The position numbers and the translations under genes are program-made. A DNA stretch of 44,136 nt, from the NCBI GenBank assembly GCA_013151185.1, contig JAADIU010000187.1, positions 2,535 to 46,670 on the forward strand, given 5' to 3'. The notes beneath the pieces were generated by a model. That model was not told the origin of the DNA and did no database searches. It saw nothing but the letters and a program-made list of their open reading frames with translations. The DNA is from Planctomycetota bacterium. Its GTDB lineage: Bacteria; Planctomycetota; Phycisphaerae; UBA1845. Shown one piece after another: positions 16,385-27,700 of the stretch (position 1 is its first letter; every line of letters starts with the position of its first letter).

Positions 16385-16909
16385 ATGAGCCAACTCGAAT
16401 CAGTTTGTGATGGGCAATTCCTTCGTCTGGTTAGACGAGGGAATTGGGAGTTCGTGACTCGAAAGAAGGCGAGCGGAGTCGTCGCCATTGTGGCCATTAC
16501 CCCTGAAAACAAAGTCGTTCTCGTTGAGCAGAATCGGCCACCTGCCGGCGGACGGGTCATCGAACTACCTGCCGGCTTGGCCGGTGACGAGATCGAAAGT
16601 GAATCGCTAGTGGTAGCCGCACAGCGAGAGCTTGTTGAGGAAACAGGCTACATAGCAAAGTCCTGGTCGGAACTCATCTGCGGCCTGTCGTCCTCGGGAC
16701 TGACCGATGAGGCAGTGACGTTCTTCCACGCGAAGAACCTGTGCCGCGTCGGAAGCGGTGGCGGAGTTGCAAACGAGTCAATCAGAATTCATGAGGTGCA
16801 CGTTGGTCATGTTGCCACATGGATCAATGAACAAATTCGAATCGGAATGATGATCGACCTCAAATTGTTGGCTGGTCTGTTTGCCGCGCAGTTGTGGGGG
16901 GACATATAG
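16385..16909 (+). CDS. Nudix hydrolase, ADP-ribose pyrophosphatase-like
   Basis: 174 aa from ATG 16385, with AGGAGG 9 nt upstream. Canonical Nudix box G-X5-E-X7-REUXEEXGU (GDEIESESLVVAAQRELVEETGY). The layout (VAIVAI..VVLVEQNRPPAGGRVIELPAG) is typical of ADPR pyrophosphatases. Confidence 0.82.
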   Translation: MSQLESVCDGQFLRLVRRGNWEFVTRKKASGVVAIVAITPENKVVLVEQNRPPAGGRVIELPAGLAGDEIESESLVVAAQRELVEETGYIAKSWSELICGLSSSGLTDEAVTFFHAKNLCRVGSGGGVANESIRIHEVHVGHVATWINEQIRIGMMIDLKLLAGLFAAQLWGDI

Positions 16910-16910
16910 A

Positions 16911-17459
16911 ATGACTCCCAACGAGTTGAAGAAGATCAGCAAGTCGCTCAGCTATGTATTACGGCACCGACCCGACTCAATTGGAATCGAACTGGAACAT
17001 GCCGGTTGGATCGACGTGCGTACGTTGCTCGTTGCGTTTGATCGATCAGGGCAAGTGGTTCCGCGTCAAACGCTTGAGCAGGTGGTCGCGAACAACACCA
17101 AGCAGAGGTTCGAGTTTAGCTCAGACGGCATGAAGATCCGCGCGCGGCAAGGGCACTCACTCGATATCGACCTGTCCTACGAACCCGTCACACCACCAGA
17201 CGTTCTCTATCACGGGACAGCCAAGCGCAACCTCGAGGCGATCTTGGCTGAAGGACTCTCGAAAATGCGTCGCCACCATGTGCATATGTCGGTCGACGAG
17301 GAAACAACGTATGCCGTGGCTATGCGCCACGGAAAGCCTGTCATCCTGGCGATTAGTGCGTTGCGGATGCACAACAATAGATATGCGTTCTTCGTAACGG
17401 GAAATGACGTTTGGTTAACCGATCAAGTTCCTCCAGATTATCTGACGATTGTTGAATAG
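16911..17459 (+). CDS. kptA: RNA 2'-phosphotransferase Tpt1/KptA (NAD+-dependent ADP-ribosyl transfer fold)
   Basis: 182 aa, with the ATG 1 nt after the preceding stop. Family hallmarks are KSLSYVLRHRPDSIGIELEHAGWIDV, RFEFSSDGMKIRARQGHS, LYHGT, HHVHMS and VWLTDQVPPDYL. Confidence 0.92.
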   Translation: MTPNELKKISKSLSYVLRHRPDSIGIELEHAGWIDVRTLLVAFDRSGQVVPRQTLEQVVANNTKQRFEFSSDGMKIRARQGHSLDIDLSYEPVTPPDVLYHGTAKRNLEAILAEGLSKMRRHHVHMSVDEETTYAVAMRHGKPVILAISALRMHNNRYAFFVTGNDVWLTDQVPPDYLTIVE

Positions 17460-17612
17460 GAATAGGTCGCGACGTGCGTGAGCCATCTCGACACCAGGAA
17501 GGCCTCGCGGTAGGTGGACACCAAGCCTGGCACTATTAAGACGGTTGATGCAACTGTAGCAGCGATCTGATATGCTCTGGCCGGTCGGAGGGTAACGAGA
17601 AAGGATATACCA

Positions 17613-18300
17613 ATGGCCTCCACAATCCGGTTGAAGCGTTTTCGGAATGTCGTAGTGATCGCAACATTTTGGGTACTTCCATTCGCTGAATGCGAAGAGA
17701 ACGACAACGGACTCTGCGAGTACTGATGCGAACAAACTCAACACTCATCCGAGTGCCCGTGGCTTTCACGGCGGGAAACTGAGTCAGCGCATAGGCCAAC
17801 TGACCGATGCGATTCGTGAACATCCGGATCCGCCAGAAGCATATCATGACCGAGGCAAGACCCGCGACAAGCTTAGCTTGGTCAACGCCCCCGCGCGACA
17901 ACTTCAACTTCAACTTCAAATGGACGCGATGGCAGATTTTGACAAGGCCCACGAATTATCTGGTGGTGACCGCTTGGTTCACCCGCGCACGAAACAAGTA
18001 CTCTCACTGAAACAACTGGCGCAAGAAAAAGCGGATAGCGAGGGATGGCTCCTGGATCTGCCGGACGTTCGCAGAGATGGACTGAATTACTTCACACGTC
18101 CCGCGCCGAATGATCGCGAGATACAAGTGGCCGGGCCGAGCATGGCGAAAGCCCTTGTGCAAGCAAGTGTACTCTTGCTGAATCAATACAGACTTGATGA
18201 CACAATGTCCTACGCTGAGCGTGCGGGACGACCAAACGCCAGTTGTACCCGCCGATACTGGTCCCTGACAGGAATTCGAGCGTCGGACAACCACCGTTGA
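17613..18300 (+). pseudogene. Possible frame-split secreted TPR-like protein (signal-peptide mini-ORF in one frame, TPR-like body in the +1 frame)
   Basis: ATG 17613 (AAAGGA upstream) encodes MASTIRLKRFRNVVVIATFWVLPFAECEENDNGLCEY and stops at 17724-17726. The adjacent frame is open from 17659 to TGA 18298-18300. It reads ..GGKLSQRIGQLTDAIREHPDPPEAYHDRGK..AMADFDKAHEL.. and has no ATG/GTG before TTG 17878. No family could be assigned. Confidence 0.3.
17899..17919 (+). repeat. Hexanucleotide microsatellite (CAACTT)x3 plus CAA
   Basis: Read directly from the sequence. It encodes QLQLQLQ inside the TPR-like open frame. Confidence 0.9.
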
Positions 18301-18579
18301 GAGGAACTCTCTGTAGAGGGCCAATTGCTCTTATTCTGATGATTATGTACGCCTCGGGGGGGGCTGGAAACTAGGTTCTAGGTTCGATGTGAAATTGGGC
18401 TGTGGCTGACTTCTGGAAACGGAGGCGTTTACGTAGTGTTCTGTGGGGACGATTCGTACAACGGAAAAAGTATCGCTCACTATTGCGACCGCAGACGCGT
18501 CCTGCTGTATACTTGATGCGTCGAGCCTTGCTCATTCTGGGCGATTGTCGAGGCTCGGCTCTCCGGCAGCCGGGCGCTT

Positions 18580-18596
18580 GCCCTGAATCGCGATTT
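18580..18596 (+). repeat. 17-mer GCCCTGAATCGCGATTT (copy 2), containing the palindrome AATCGCGATT (18586-18595)
   Basis: Identical to 12405-12421. It lies 182 nt upstream of the giant TPR start codon. Confidence 0.8.
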
Positions 18597-18777
18597 TTCG
18601 ATGCAGCGTGAACGAGGCGGATCCAAGCCGCGTAGAATTACCATCACGGATGAATTGGCATGACTGTCGGGCTACAAACATTGAACTGCAGTTTTCTCCG
18701 GCGCACCATAGCGGTCAACTAAACAAACGGGCAACGGCACGGCTGAACGCCGTCATATCCAGAAAAGGAGCAATGCG

Positions 18778-21700
18778 ATGTTTGTGCGATTTACGACGCG
18801 CGGTATCCTCGCCGCGATCGCCACACTCTCGGTAAACATTACTCCTTTGCATGCCGCACCAGACGACCCTGCGCCAGAAAAGCCGGTGACCTCATCCGCA
18901 GATAGCGTCGATAAAGCGTCGCCCGATTCAGAATCGACCGAATCGAAATCACCCAAACCGCAGCGAACTGATTCCGATCCTGAGTCACAGCTTTGGGCTG
19001 AAGAGGCGATCGGTCGATACGAACAACTTCTGGAGCGCCGCCCGTTCCATAAGTCTGCGTTCACTGGGCTTGTGCGCAGCTACGTTGAAAAGGGGGAAAT
19101 TGCAGATCTGGTGAAGCGCTATGAAGACATCGTTGCGGCGATGCCCGATAGCACCGCTTCAAAGATCGTGTTGTCGCGATTGTATTTGCGGGCAGGACAA
19201 GCTGAGAAAGCGGCTGACTTGCTCGCCCAGATTGAAGCATTGCCCAAAACACTCGCGCGCGACAAGTCCAAGTGGTCCTCTTATCGTGCCGAGGTTTTTC
19301 AACGCGTCGGCAAACTCGAACTTGCTAAACAGGTTCTCGTCGACGGTTTCACCGAAGCGCGGACCACGGCTGATCGGATGCGCTTTGCAGAGGCCCTCGC
19401 AGACCTTCACGTCCGCAACGGTGAAAAGGATCGCGCCGCAGAAGTTCTCACCAAGCTGGCCGATCAGTTTTCCGATCAGTACCTCCATCGTAAACGAATC
19501 GCCAACGCCCTCGCACATCGCAACCTTCACGATGCCGCGATCGCCCAGTACCGATCGATTCTGAAGCTACCGTCTCTCCAGACAGACGAGCGCTGCGAAT
19601 CGCTGCGCGATCTGGGCCGAGCACTGGAGAGCGTGGATCGAAACAATGATGCCATCTCTGTCTATACCGAAGCCTTGGGACTGTTATCGGCGAGCCATTG
19701 GTTGCAGGAGGAATTGCACGCGCGAATCGTGCATTTGTATCGCGCCTCGGGCAGGATGGATGAACTGGTAACATATTGTCGCCAACAAATCGAACGCTCA
19801 CCCGAGCAGATCGCCAGCCGAACGATGCTGGCCGACGTCTTTGCGGCATTGGGCAAAATGGACGAGGCAAAGCAAACACTCGTCGATGCCATCCGGCTCT
19901 TTCCGAAGGACCGATCACTTAGCCGAGAACTGATCCAACTCCTCGAACGGACAAACAACGAGTCTGAGGTGGCGGCAGAATATGAGCGTGTCATCACCCA
20001 ACACGCGGACGACGTCGAGTTGTACATCGAGTACGGACAATTCCTAGCCGCCCACAAGCAGCTTGACGCAGCCCGAAGTCAATGGAAGCACGTGCTTCGG
20101 ACAAAAGTTGCGGACACAGGATTGGCTCAACGCCTTGGAAACCTCTTTGAGGCATATGAACAGTACGACGATGCAGTGGAATGCTACCAGCGTGCCATTG
20201 AATTGAATCCCAGACGACCGGAAGGTTATACGGCGTTGGCTCAATTATACTTCGTTCAAGACAATCGTGAGGAAGCGGTCAAAACGCTGAAGCGGATGAC
20301 CGATGCCAACGCCCTCGATTCCGCAATGCAGTATGCCGCTTGTCAGGCGTATCTTGGTTTGGGTTTCAATGACGAAGCGCTTGCGGCGATTGAGCGGGCG
20401 ACCCAGTTGCTGCCGGAAAACTCCGACTACGCTCTGGTTCACTCCAATCTGTTGGTGCGTTCAGGGCGGTTGGACGATGCACTGGCGGTCCGGCACGCCG
20501 CACTCGACAAGATGCAAAACGCCGTCCAGCGATCGCGTGAGCTCAACGTCATCGTAAGCATGTATGCGTCAGCGGGAATGCTTGAGAAGCTCCGTCGCTC
20601 CGAAGAGCAAGCGCTTCAATCCGATCCCGAATCCGCCAACAGCCTGATGCTTCTGGCTCGGGCAGCCGACTTCGAGCGTAACTTCGTCGACGCCAAGAAA
20701 TGGCTTGATCGATTGATCGAAGTCGACCCCAGTCACGAAGAAGCGCGCAGGCAACTTGCCAAGTTGCAGGAAGCCTTGGGCGACATCGATGCGGCGACCG
20801 AACAATACCAACGACTTATCGAGCTCTATCCGAACCGCGCCCGGATATGCTATCAGGCGATTGCCGATATCAAACTGCGTTACAACGATCGGGCCGGGGC
20901 AATCAAAACGTTCGAGCAAATGGTCCAGCGCTCGTCCGACAACGCCACGGTACTCAAGGATGTCGCCGAACAATTGGTGCGTCTGGGTGAATTCGACAAG
21001 GGCATTGCCAATTACGAATTGAGCTTGAAACTCCAACCGGATCGCCATGACATTCGCCTCGAATATGCCAAGGCGCTGGTCGAGGCAGGGCGCCTTGAAG
21101 ATGGACTGAAAATGTTCAAGGCTGCCGCACTTCAGCGTTCGGACCGCGAGACGGCACTTGAAGCGCTCACGTTGCTCCACGAAACGGCGCAGCGGATCGG
21201 TTCGCTCCCCGAAATGATCGATGAACTACAGGCTCAACTGGACATCGATCCGACGGACACATTGATCGCTCGCACGCTCGCCACGATTTTCATCAATGAA
21301 TTCGAGTATCAACGGGCGATGGAATTGCTCGACTTGGTGCTTCGCTACCGGCCACGCGATGCAGAGTTGCAGTTGACTCGGGCAGAATTGCTGCGGCGGT
21401 TGGCCCGCTTTGATGACGCGATCGAGTCGTATCGAAAAATCCTCCAGGTACCTGAGATTGATCGTGATTACGTCCTTGGTGAATTGGGTAAAACACACTT
21501 TGAGGCTGGGCAGCTTGATGAAGCTCGTCGGAATTGGCGACGGGTAGGACACAAGCTTTACGCGTCTTCGCTGCTGCGCAACAACGGGTTGCTCGAGGAT
21601 GCTATCGATGTCTTGGAGGAGGGGATCCGCGTAAAGCCCGATGATTTCGGACTGCACCGCAGCTTGGTCCGCACATTGCAGGAAGCCGGCCAAACTGACA

Positions 21701-24700
21701 ACGCACTCGAGGCGGCTCGCCGGTTGCTCGATCTTGAGCCGGACAATGTGATGAACATTCGGCGACTCGCCACGGCATATGTTGATCGTGGTAAACGCGA
21801 TGATGCCGCCGAGGTGGCCAGCCGACTCTTTAGCGCCGGCGTTGCCGAGAAAAACAAGAATCGCTCGACCAACAAACGCTCCATGATGGGCGCGTCGGTG
21901 ATGGCTGCCAGCATGTACTCAGCATGGGGAAGCGCCGCTTTTGGCAGGGGAATGCGACGAAACAACCTGGATTCGGCGATCGGTTTCTTTCAGGAAAATG
22001 GCCTGGTCGCCGAACTTGAGGACATTCTCAATCAACAGTTGGCCGCCCAGCCTGACAACGCCATGCTGCGCGAAGTTTCAGTCGAGCTGTTTGCTCAACC
22101 GTTCGGCAAACCGGCTGTCGCGCTCAAGCTGTTGCATGAGTTGGAAGATGCGACGTTTCCGCTGGAACATCAGAAGTGGCTCGGGCAATGCTCGCAACGC
22201 GACTACTATCGCGTCAAGCAATACCAACTGATTGCGCGTCTCCCGGCGCTACGTGACAGCCGACTCGCCACGCTCGACAGCAAGGATGCCACCAATCTCA
22301 ACCGAGACGAAATCATCGAATTCGCTGTGATTCGAAACGCACAAGGGAAGCGCGACAAGGCCATCGACATGTTACAGCGTGCGGTGGATGCGGATGCCAA
22401 GGACATCGTGGCGCTGACCGCATTGGTCGACATGCTTGTCCTTGCAGAACAATTTGCGGACGCCGAGCCTTATGTTCAAAAGGCGGTGGCGATTCTGGAT
22501 GAACAGCGAGAAAAGCAGCGCGCTGAAATGATCCAGCGGGTCCGCCGCGATTTTGTGCGGACGCTCCCGATGCACTTGCAGTTGCGGGTAACGGAGGACC
22601 TGCTGATCGAAATCGCCAACAAATGGACGCTTGGACAGAACTTTTATGGAGCGTACATGGGTGGCATCCAGACGATGGGGTACAATCGCGCACAACTGAC
22701 GCTCGCCACCGTTTATGCAAAAACTAACCGGATGGACAAGGCGCGCGCAATATGGTCGCTGCTCGCACCGAAGCACCCCGCCGACGTTGACGGTTGGACA
22801 TCACTCGCAGGTGTCGCCCAACTCCACGATCAGCAAGATCTCGCCTTCGAGTATTACTCAAACGCCCTCGCGGCTGCGAAGGAATTGGTTGGCGATCAAT
22901 TGTTGCAGCGAATCTACGGTAACACGCTGGGGCGATCCTGGTACGGATCGGAAGATGCGATTGATTCCACGTTCAACAAGATCGTCGAAGCATTTGCAGC
23001 GCACGATCGACTGATCGACTTGTACGACTTCCTACGCGAAACGGACCAAGTCGCCAAGGCGCGCAGAATTGCTCAGAAATATGAGCTATACGACGAATTG
23101 AAAGCACTTTATGCAACTCGTCTGGACGCAGCACGCACGGTGTTTTCCCGCGCGTCCAACGATCCACTCAATGAGAGCGTGGCGCTGTTTTCCCAAGCCT
23201 GCAAGCTGGCTGAATTGCACGACGTCACCGGCGATTGGGGGCAGGCTCAGCGAATCTATGAGGCCTATCTTGAGGACTTTCCAGACGAACTGGGATTGCT
23301 GATAACGCTCGGTGAAGTGGCTGAACGGGTCAATGACTACGAGTTGGCCATCAAGTGGGAAAAGCAGGTGGTCGCGGCGAAGGAACGATTGTTGCGTCAA
23401 GCCCGCGCCTGGACGATGCGCAATTTGGCATTGACACCGGCGATGCCACAAATCATCGAAGGAGTGGGCGGTAGCAAGTGGACTTGGATGAGTCGCTGGG
23501 GGCGCAACCGTTGGTGGGGTTATGGGCAACAGCGTGAATTGGACATCGCCCCGAGTTGGATGCGCATCGCTCAACTTTACATCGCGGTCGACAACCCGAT
23601 TGCGGCTGGCGATGCGATGGAGCGTGCGATCGCCGCTGCTCCCCACGACCGTGAACGGTTGGGCAAACAAGTGTTGGCGTTGATTCGTCAGCGCCGGTTG
23701 GTCCCGAAGATGTTGTCCGTGTTGCGCGGGTTGGCAGTCCACATGCCCACCAATGAGCAGGTTCAGATCGCTTTTGCCGAATCACTCGAGGCAAATGATC
23801 GCCCGGGCGTCGCGGTCGAAGTTTATCGTCGTCTGCTGCGACGTGGTGTTTCCGATGTGGGCACGTTGGGGAAGGTCAAGCAGAAACTTGCGGCTCTTGC
23901 GCCGGATTCTGAACGAGTGGCGACGACCACGATCGCCGACCTGGAAGCAGCGGTGGCGGCTGATCCAAAGAATTCAACCAGTCGCCTCCGGTTGGCTCGC
24001 GCCTTCTACTACGCGCTACGTATCGACGATGCCCATCGCGTGCTGTCAGACCTTCTGGAGACGGCGCCGCACCTCGAAGGCGTTCACGATTTGCTCATCG
24101 AAATCTATACACTGCAAGGCGACTCGGAGCGTCTTATCGAAGCGTTGCGGACGAAGATCGAGAGGGTCACAAATGCACGCAAGCGAACCAAGACGCGAGA
24201 ACGGCTTGTTAAGGAGTTACTCCGCAAGGGCGATGTTGAAGAAACACTGATTGCCCTTAAGGAATCGGTAGACCCCAAGAATCCGCAAAGCTACGAACGC
24301 GTTGCGTTCTTGTTGTACTACTTTGGTCACCATGAAGATGCGGTCGAGCAGTATGAAATCGCCACGCGCAGCCAAGCCAAGGGACGATGGCAGGGCGATC
24401 GCGGTGGACAGATGCTCGCCCGTGTCCTGGCGCTCAAAGGGGACATGGAGGCAGCCGCCGACAAAGTGCTCGAATCCGTTGACCAGCAGATGCGTCAGAA
24501 CGTGCAGCAGGGTGGCATGTTCGCGATGTACTCGATGTTCAACAACGATCAGAACGCATTCCAGGCGTTCGTACCGCTGTTCGTAATCCACCCAGCAATC
24601 ACCAAAGCGATCCAAGAAAAACTGGAAGCGCGTCGCACCGCTGATCCCGACGACGCCTTGGCAACCAAGATTCTCATTCAATACTGTCAATCGACGGGGC

Positions 24701-27700
24701 TCACCGATCGGGCCAACCAACTCATTGAAGAATCCATTCAAAAAGGCACGATGGATCAAAAACTGGTTTCAAGTTTGATCGATCGCGCGATCAGCAAGAG
24801 AGACTTCGATAAGGCCATTGAGTTAGCGAAGGAATTTATTTCGCAGCAGACGAAGCCCCAACTACCGCCAGGAATGCCAGCACAATTCGCAGGCATGATG
24901 AGTGTGATGTCACCACGTACATTGATGCTGTGCAAACTGGGGGACATCTATTGGAAATCCAATCGGCCTGACGAGGCATTCGAGACTTACGGGCAGATCG
25001 TTGATGAGAATGTCGACGAGTCGCGCATTGCGTACGCAACCATATGTCTGCTGAGGGGGCGCGTTGACGAAGCGCGGAGCATAATTGAGGCCGCGCTTGC
25101 AGACAAGGAAGTGAAACCTCCGAGCCTGCTACAATTTAGTGTCATCCTGGCTGCGATCGACAATCAACCCACAAAGGCGTTCGATGTGCTGACCGAAATC
25201 GTTGAGAACGGCGAGGGAGCGCAATCGAATCCATTTGCGTTTGGTGATTCCGGATCGAAAGTGAATCTGCTGGCGAGTTTCGCAACTGCAACAGATCAAA
25301 TCGATCGATTTGTCGAATTCATGCTTAAAAAGCGAATCAAGAAGAATCCGAATAACTGGACGGATTACAAAGTGCTGGTGGAGACGCTGCTCGGCGCGGG
25401 GCAACGATCGAAAGCGCTCGAGATTCTGGAAAAGGCTGCGGAGAACAAGGCGCTTCGAACCGATGCATTGAAACAGCGTGCCCAACTCCTTGAAGGATAC
25501 GCATCCCCGGGCGAGTTGATTCCGGTGTACCGCGAATGGCTTGAATTGGCGGAGAACAAAGTGCAGTCTGCTTCAGTGCTAGGGCAGTTTTTTGGAAACC
25601 GCCGTTCGCAGGGCGCCACCCAAACGCAGAAACAACGCAACCGACTTGGCGATCTACTCTGGCAAAGCGGTGAACCTGAGGCAGCAGAAGAGGTTTGGGC
25701 TGAGCGACTCGATCTCAACACGGCGAACGGTCATGTCCGATTGGGACAGCAGTTCTTGGCGCACCATGCCTACGAAAAAGCGGCCAATGCGTTCCGTAAA
25801 GCCGCCAAACTTGAACCGGATAACCTTGAAGCGCACCAGGCGATTGCCAAGCTCGCTACCGAGCGTGCCCAATCTGGTGAAGCGGCTCACCACCTGACAC
25901 AGGTTTTTCTCAAACGCTATCAACCATCTCCGGCGGCTGAAGACGCAGACGATGCCGATCCGTTTTCCATGTCGTGGAGTATCTCGCAGCGCAATCAACA
26001 ACGGCGTGGTGCGGATTCTCAAATGCGATCGTGGGCGTACATCCTCAGCGCGAAGGGCACTCCAAATGACGAAACATCCGACGCGTCGGATGCCGATCAA
26101 CGCCTGATGATCGCCACGTTGACGGGTGAGTGGCCAACGGTCGAAGCAGAGCTGAAGAAGCGACTTGAGGAAGCGCCATATGATCCAATGGTCTGGACGT
26201 TGTGGGCCATCATTCACGAACGCAAAGGTGATTGGGCAACCGCAGTGGAAGCGCGGGAGCGCGTCCGCAGCCTTGCGGAGACGACAATCGCCCAACACCG
26301 TGAACAGTTGGAATTGGTCCTTGCGGGCAAACAAATCAAAGACGCCTCAGCCGGTACGCGGGAAGAAGATGCGAACGCGACCAATGCGCAGAATCGCTCC
26401 TTCCGAAACTACAATTACAGTGGTATGAATAATTACGGTTGGTACGGAAACACCGCACGTTCCGAAACACAACGGCTCGCCGCACTCTATGTCGAGTTGG
26501 AGCAGTATCAAAAAGCAGAGCAGTTATACCTGCTTGACCGAAGGTCCGGTGGACAAAACGCTTTGCCTAGCATTGCGGCATTGATGTGGCGACAGGGTGC
26601 GCAGAAACGGGCAATCGAATTGATGCGCATCGGAATAACACTCGGTGGCAACACACGGCAGATGGGTCAATACGCAACCATGCTTTCAGAAAGCGGTGAG
26701 CTTGATGCGGCGATCGCACTGCTGCAGCGTGCCTTTCAATTCGTGCCGCAATCCAACACACGGATGGCGATGTATTACGGAGGATTTGGGTCGCCCCAAG
26801 TTGGCGCGCAGGCGTTTGAATCCGGCGAAGAGAAACGATTCAGCAAACCGCTCTATCAGATGCTCCAGCAATCGAACCGCCTCGATGCTGTTATCGATGA
26901 TCTTGTGCGCCAACGAACAGATCGCCCCAACGACTTGCGTGTCGCAAAACTCGTAGTATCGCTGCAATTGCAGGATCGGCGCTGGAACGATGCGCGTCAG
27001 TCGCTGGCAATTTGGAGAACATCCCAACCCCAGGACATGTCCGCTCTGTGGCAGGAAATGCAGGTGCTCGCAGAGTTGGATGATTGGCCCGCGGCACTTG
27101 CCAATGTCAACGCGATGGAAGAATTGGCCCCCGAGCGAAGTGATCAATGGAGCATCGTCAAGGCGTTCATCATGCTCATGCAGCAGGATCGGGCCGGCGC
27201 GGTCAAAGCCGTTTCTCCCCTTCTGGAGGAGAGTCACGATACAAACCCAGGCCAAGTCCAACAACTCTGCGCGATCTTAGCTTGCGCAAGAGAACATGAA
27301 CGCCTGCGTACCTATCTCAGTCGATTGTATGCAAGAGATTTGCTGGCTGCGGAGACCATTCACCTGCTGATTCGTGTTGAGCAAATTGTAGGTCACCACG
27401 ACCGCTCAATCCAAATCGCCCTCGACCAGGTTTGGCTCGATCCGGATCCACTGAAACCGGCTTCGCCTTGGATGTCGTCCCTTGCTTCGGCGGAATCCGA
27501 CTCCCGGTCGCAGGCCTCCAAAGAACCTACCAAGCAACAGTCGTCCGCCAGCCGAGCACTGATGACGACGATACACGAAGGGCCCGCAGCCGGGGCAACT
27601 GCCTTCAAGAAGATCCTTGAGAAAGAGTCGGACAATATCAATGCCTTGCGAGGGTTGGTTTTCGCTTCTGAGCAAGCGGGCGACCTAGCCGGCAGCATCA

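Noticed and set aside
17415-17744. 109-aa Cys-rich minus-strand ORF overlapping the kptA 3' end
   Set aside because: It overlaps kptA by 45 nt, has no ribosome-binding site and belongs to no family I recognise. The same DNA is better explained by the plus-strand signal-peptide mini-ORF, although neither reading is secure.
17899-17919. Possible CRISPR-like or larger tandem array
   Set aside because: There are only three 6-nt units with no spacers, so this is a simple microsatellite. No CRISPR-type repeat-spacer structure was seen anywhere in the window.
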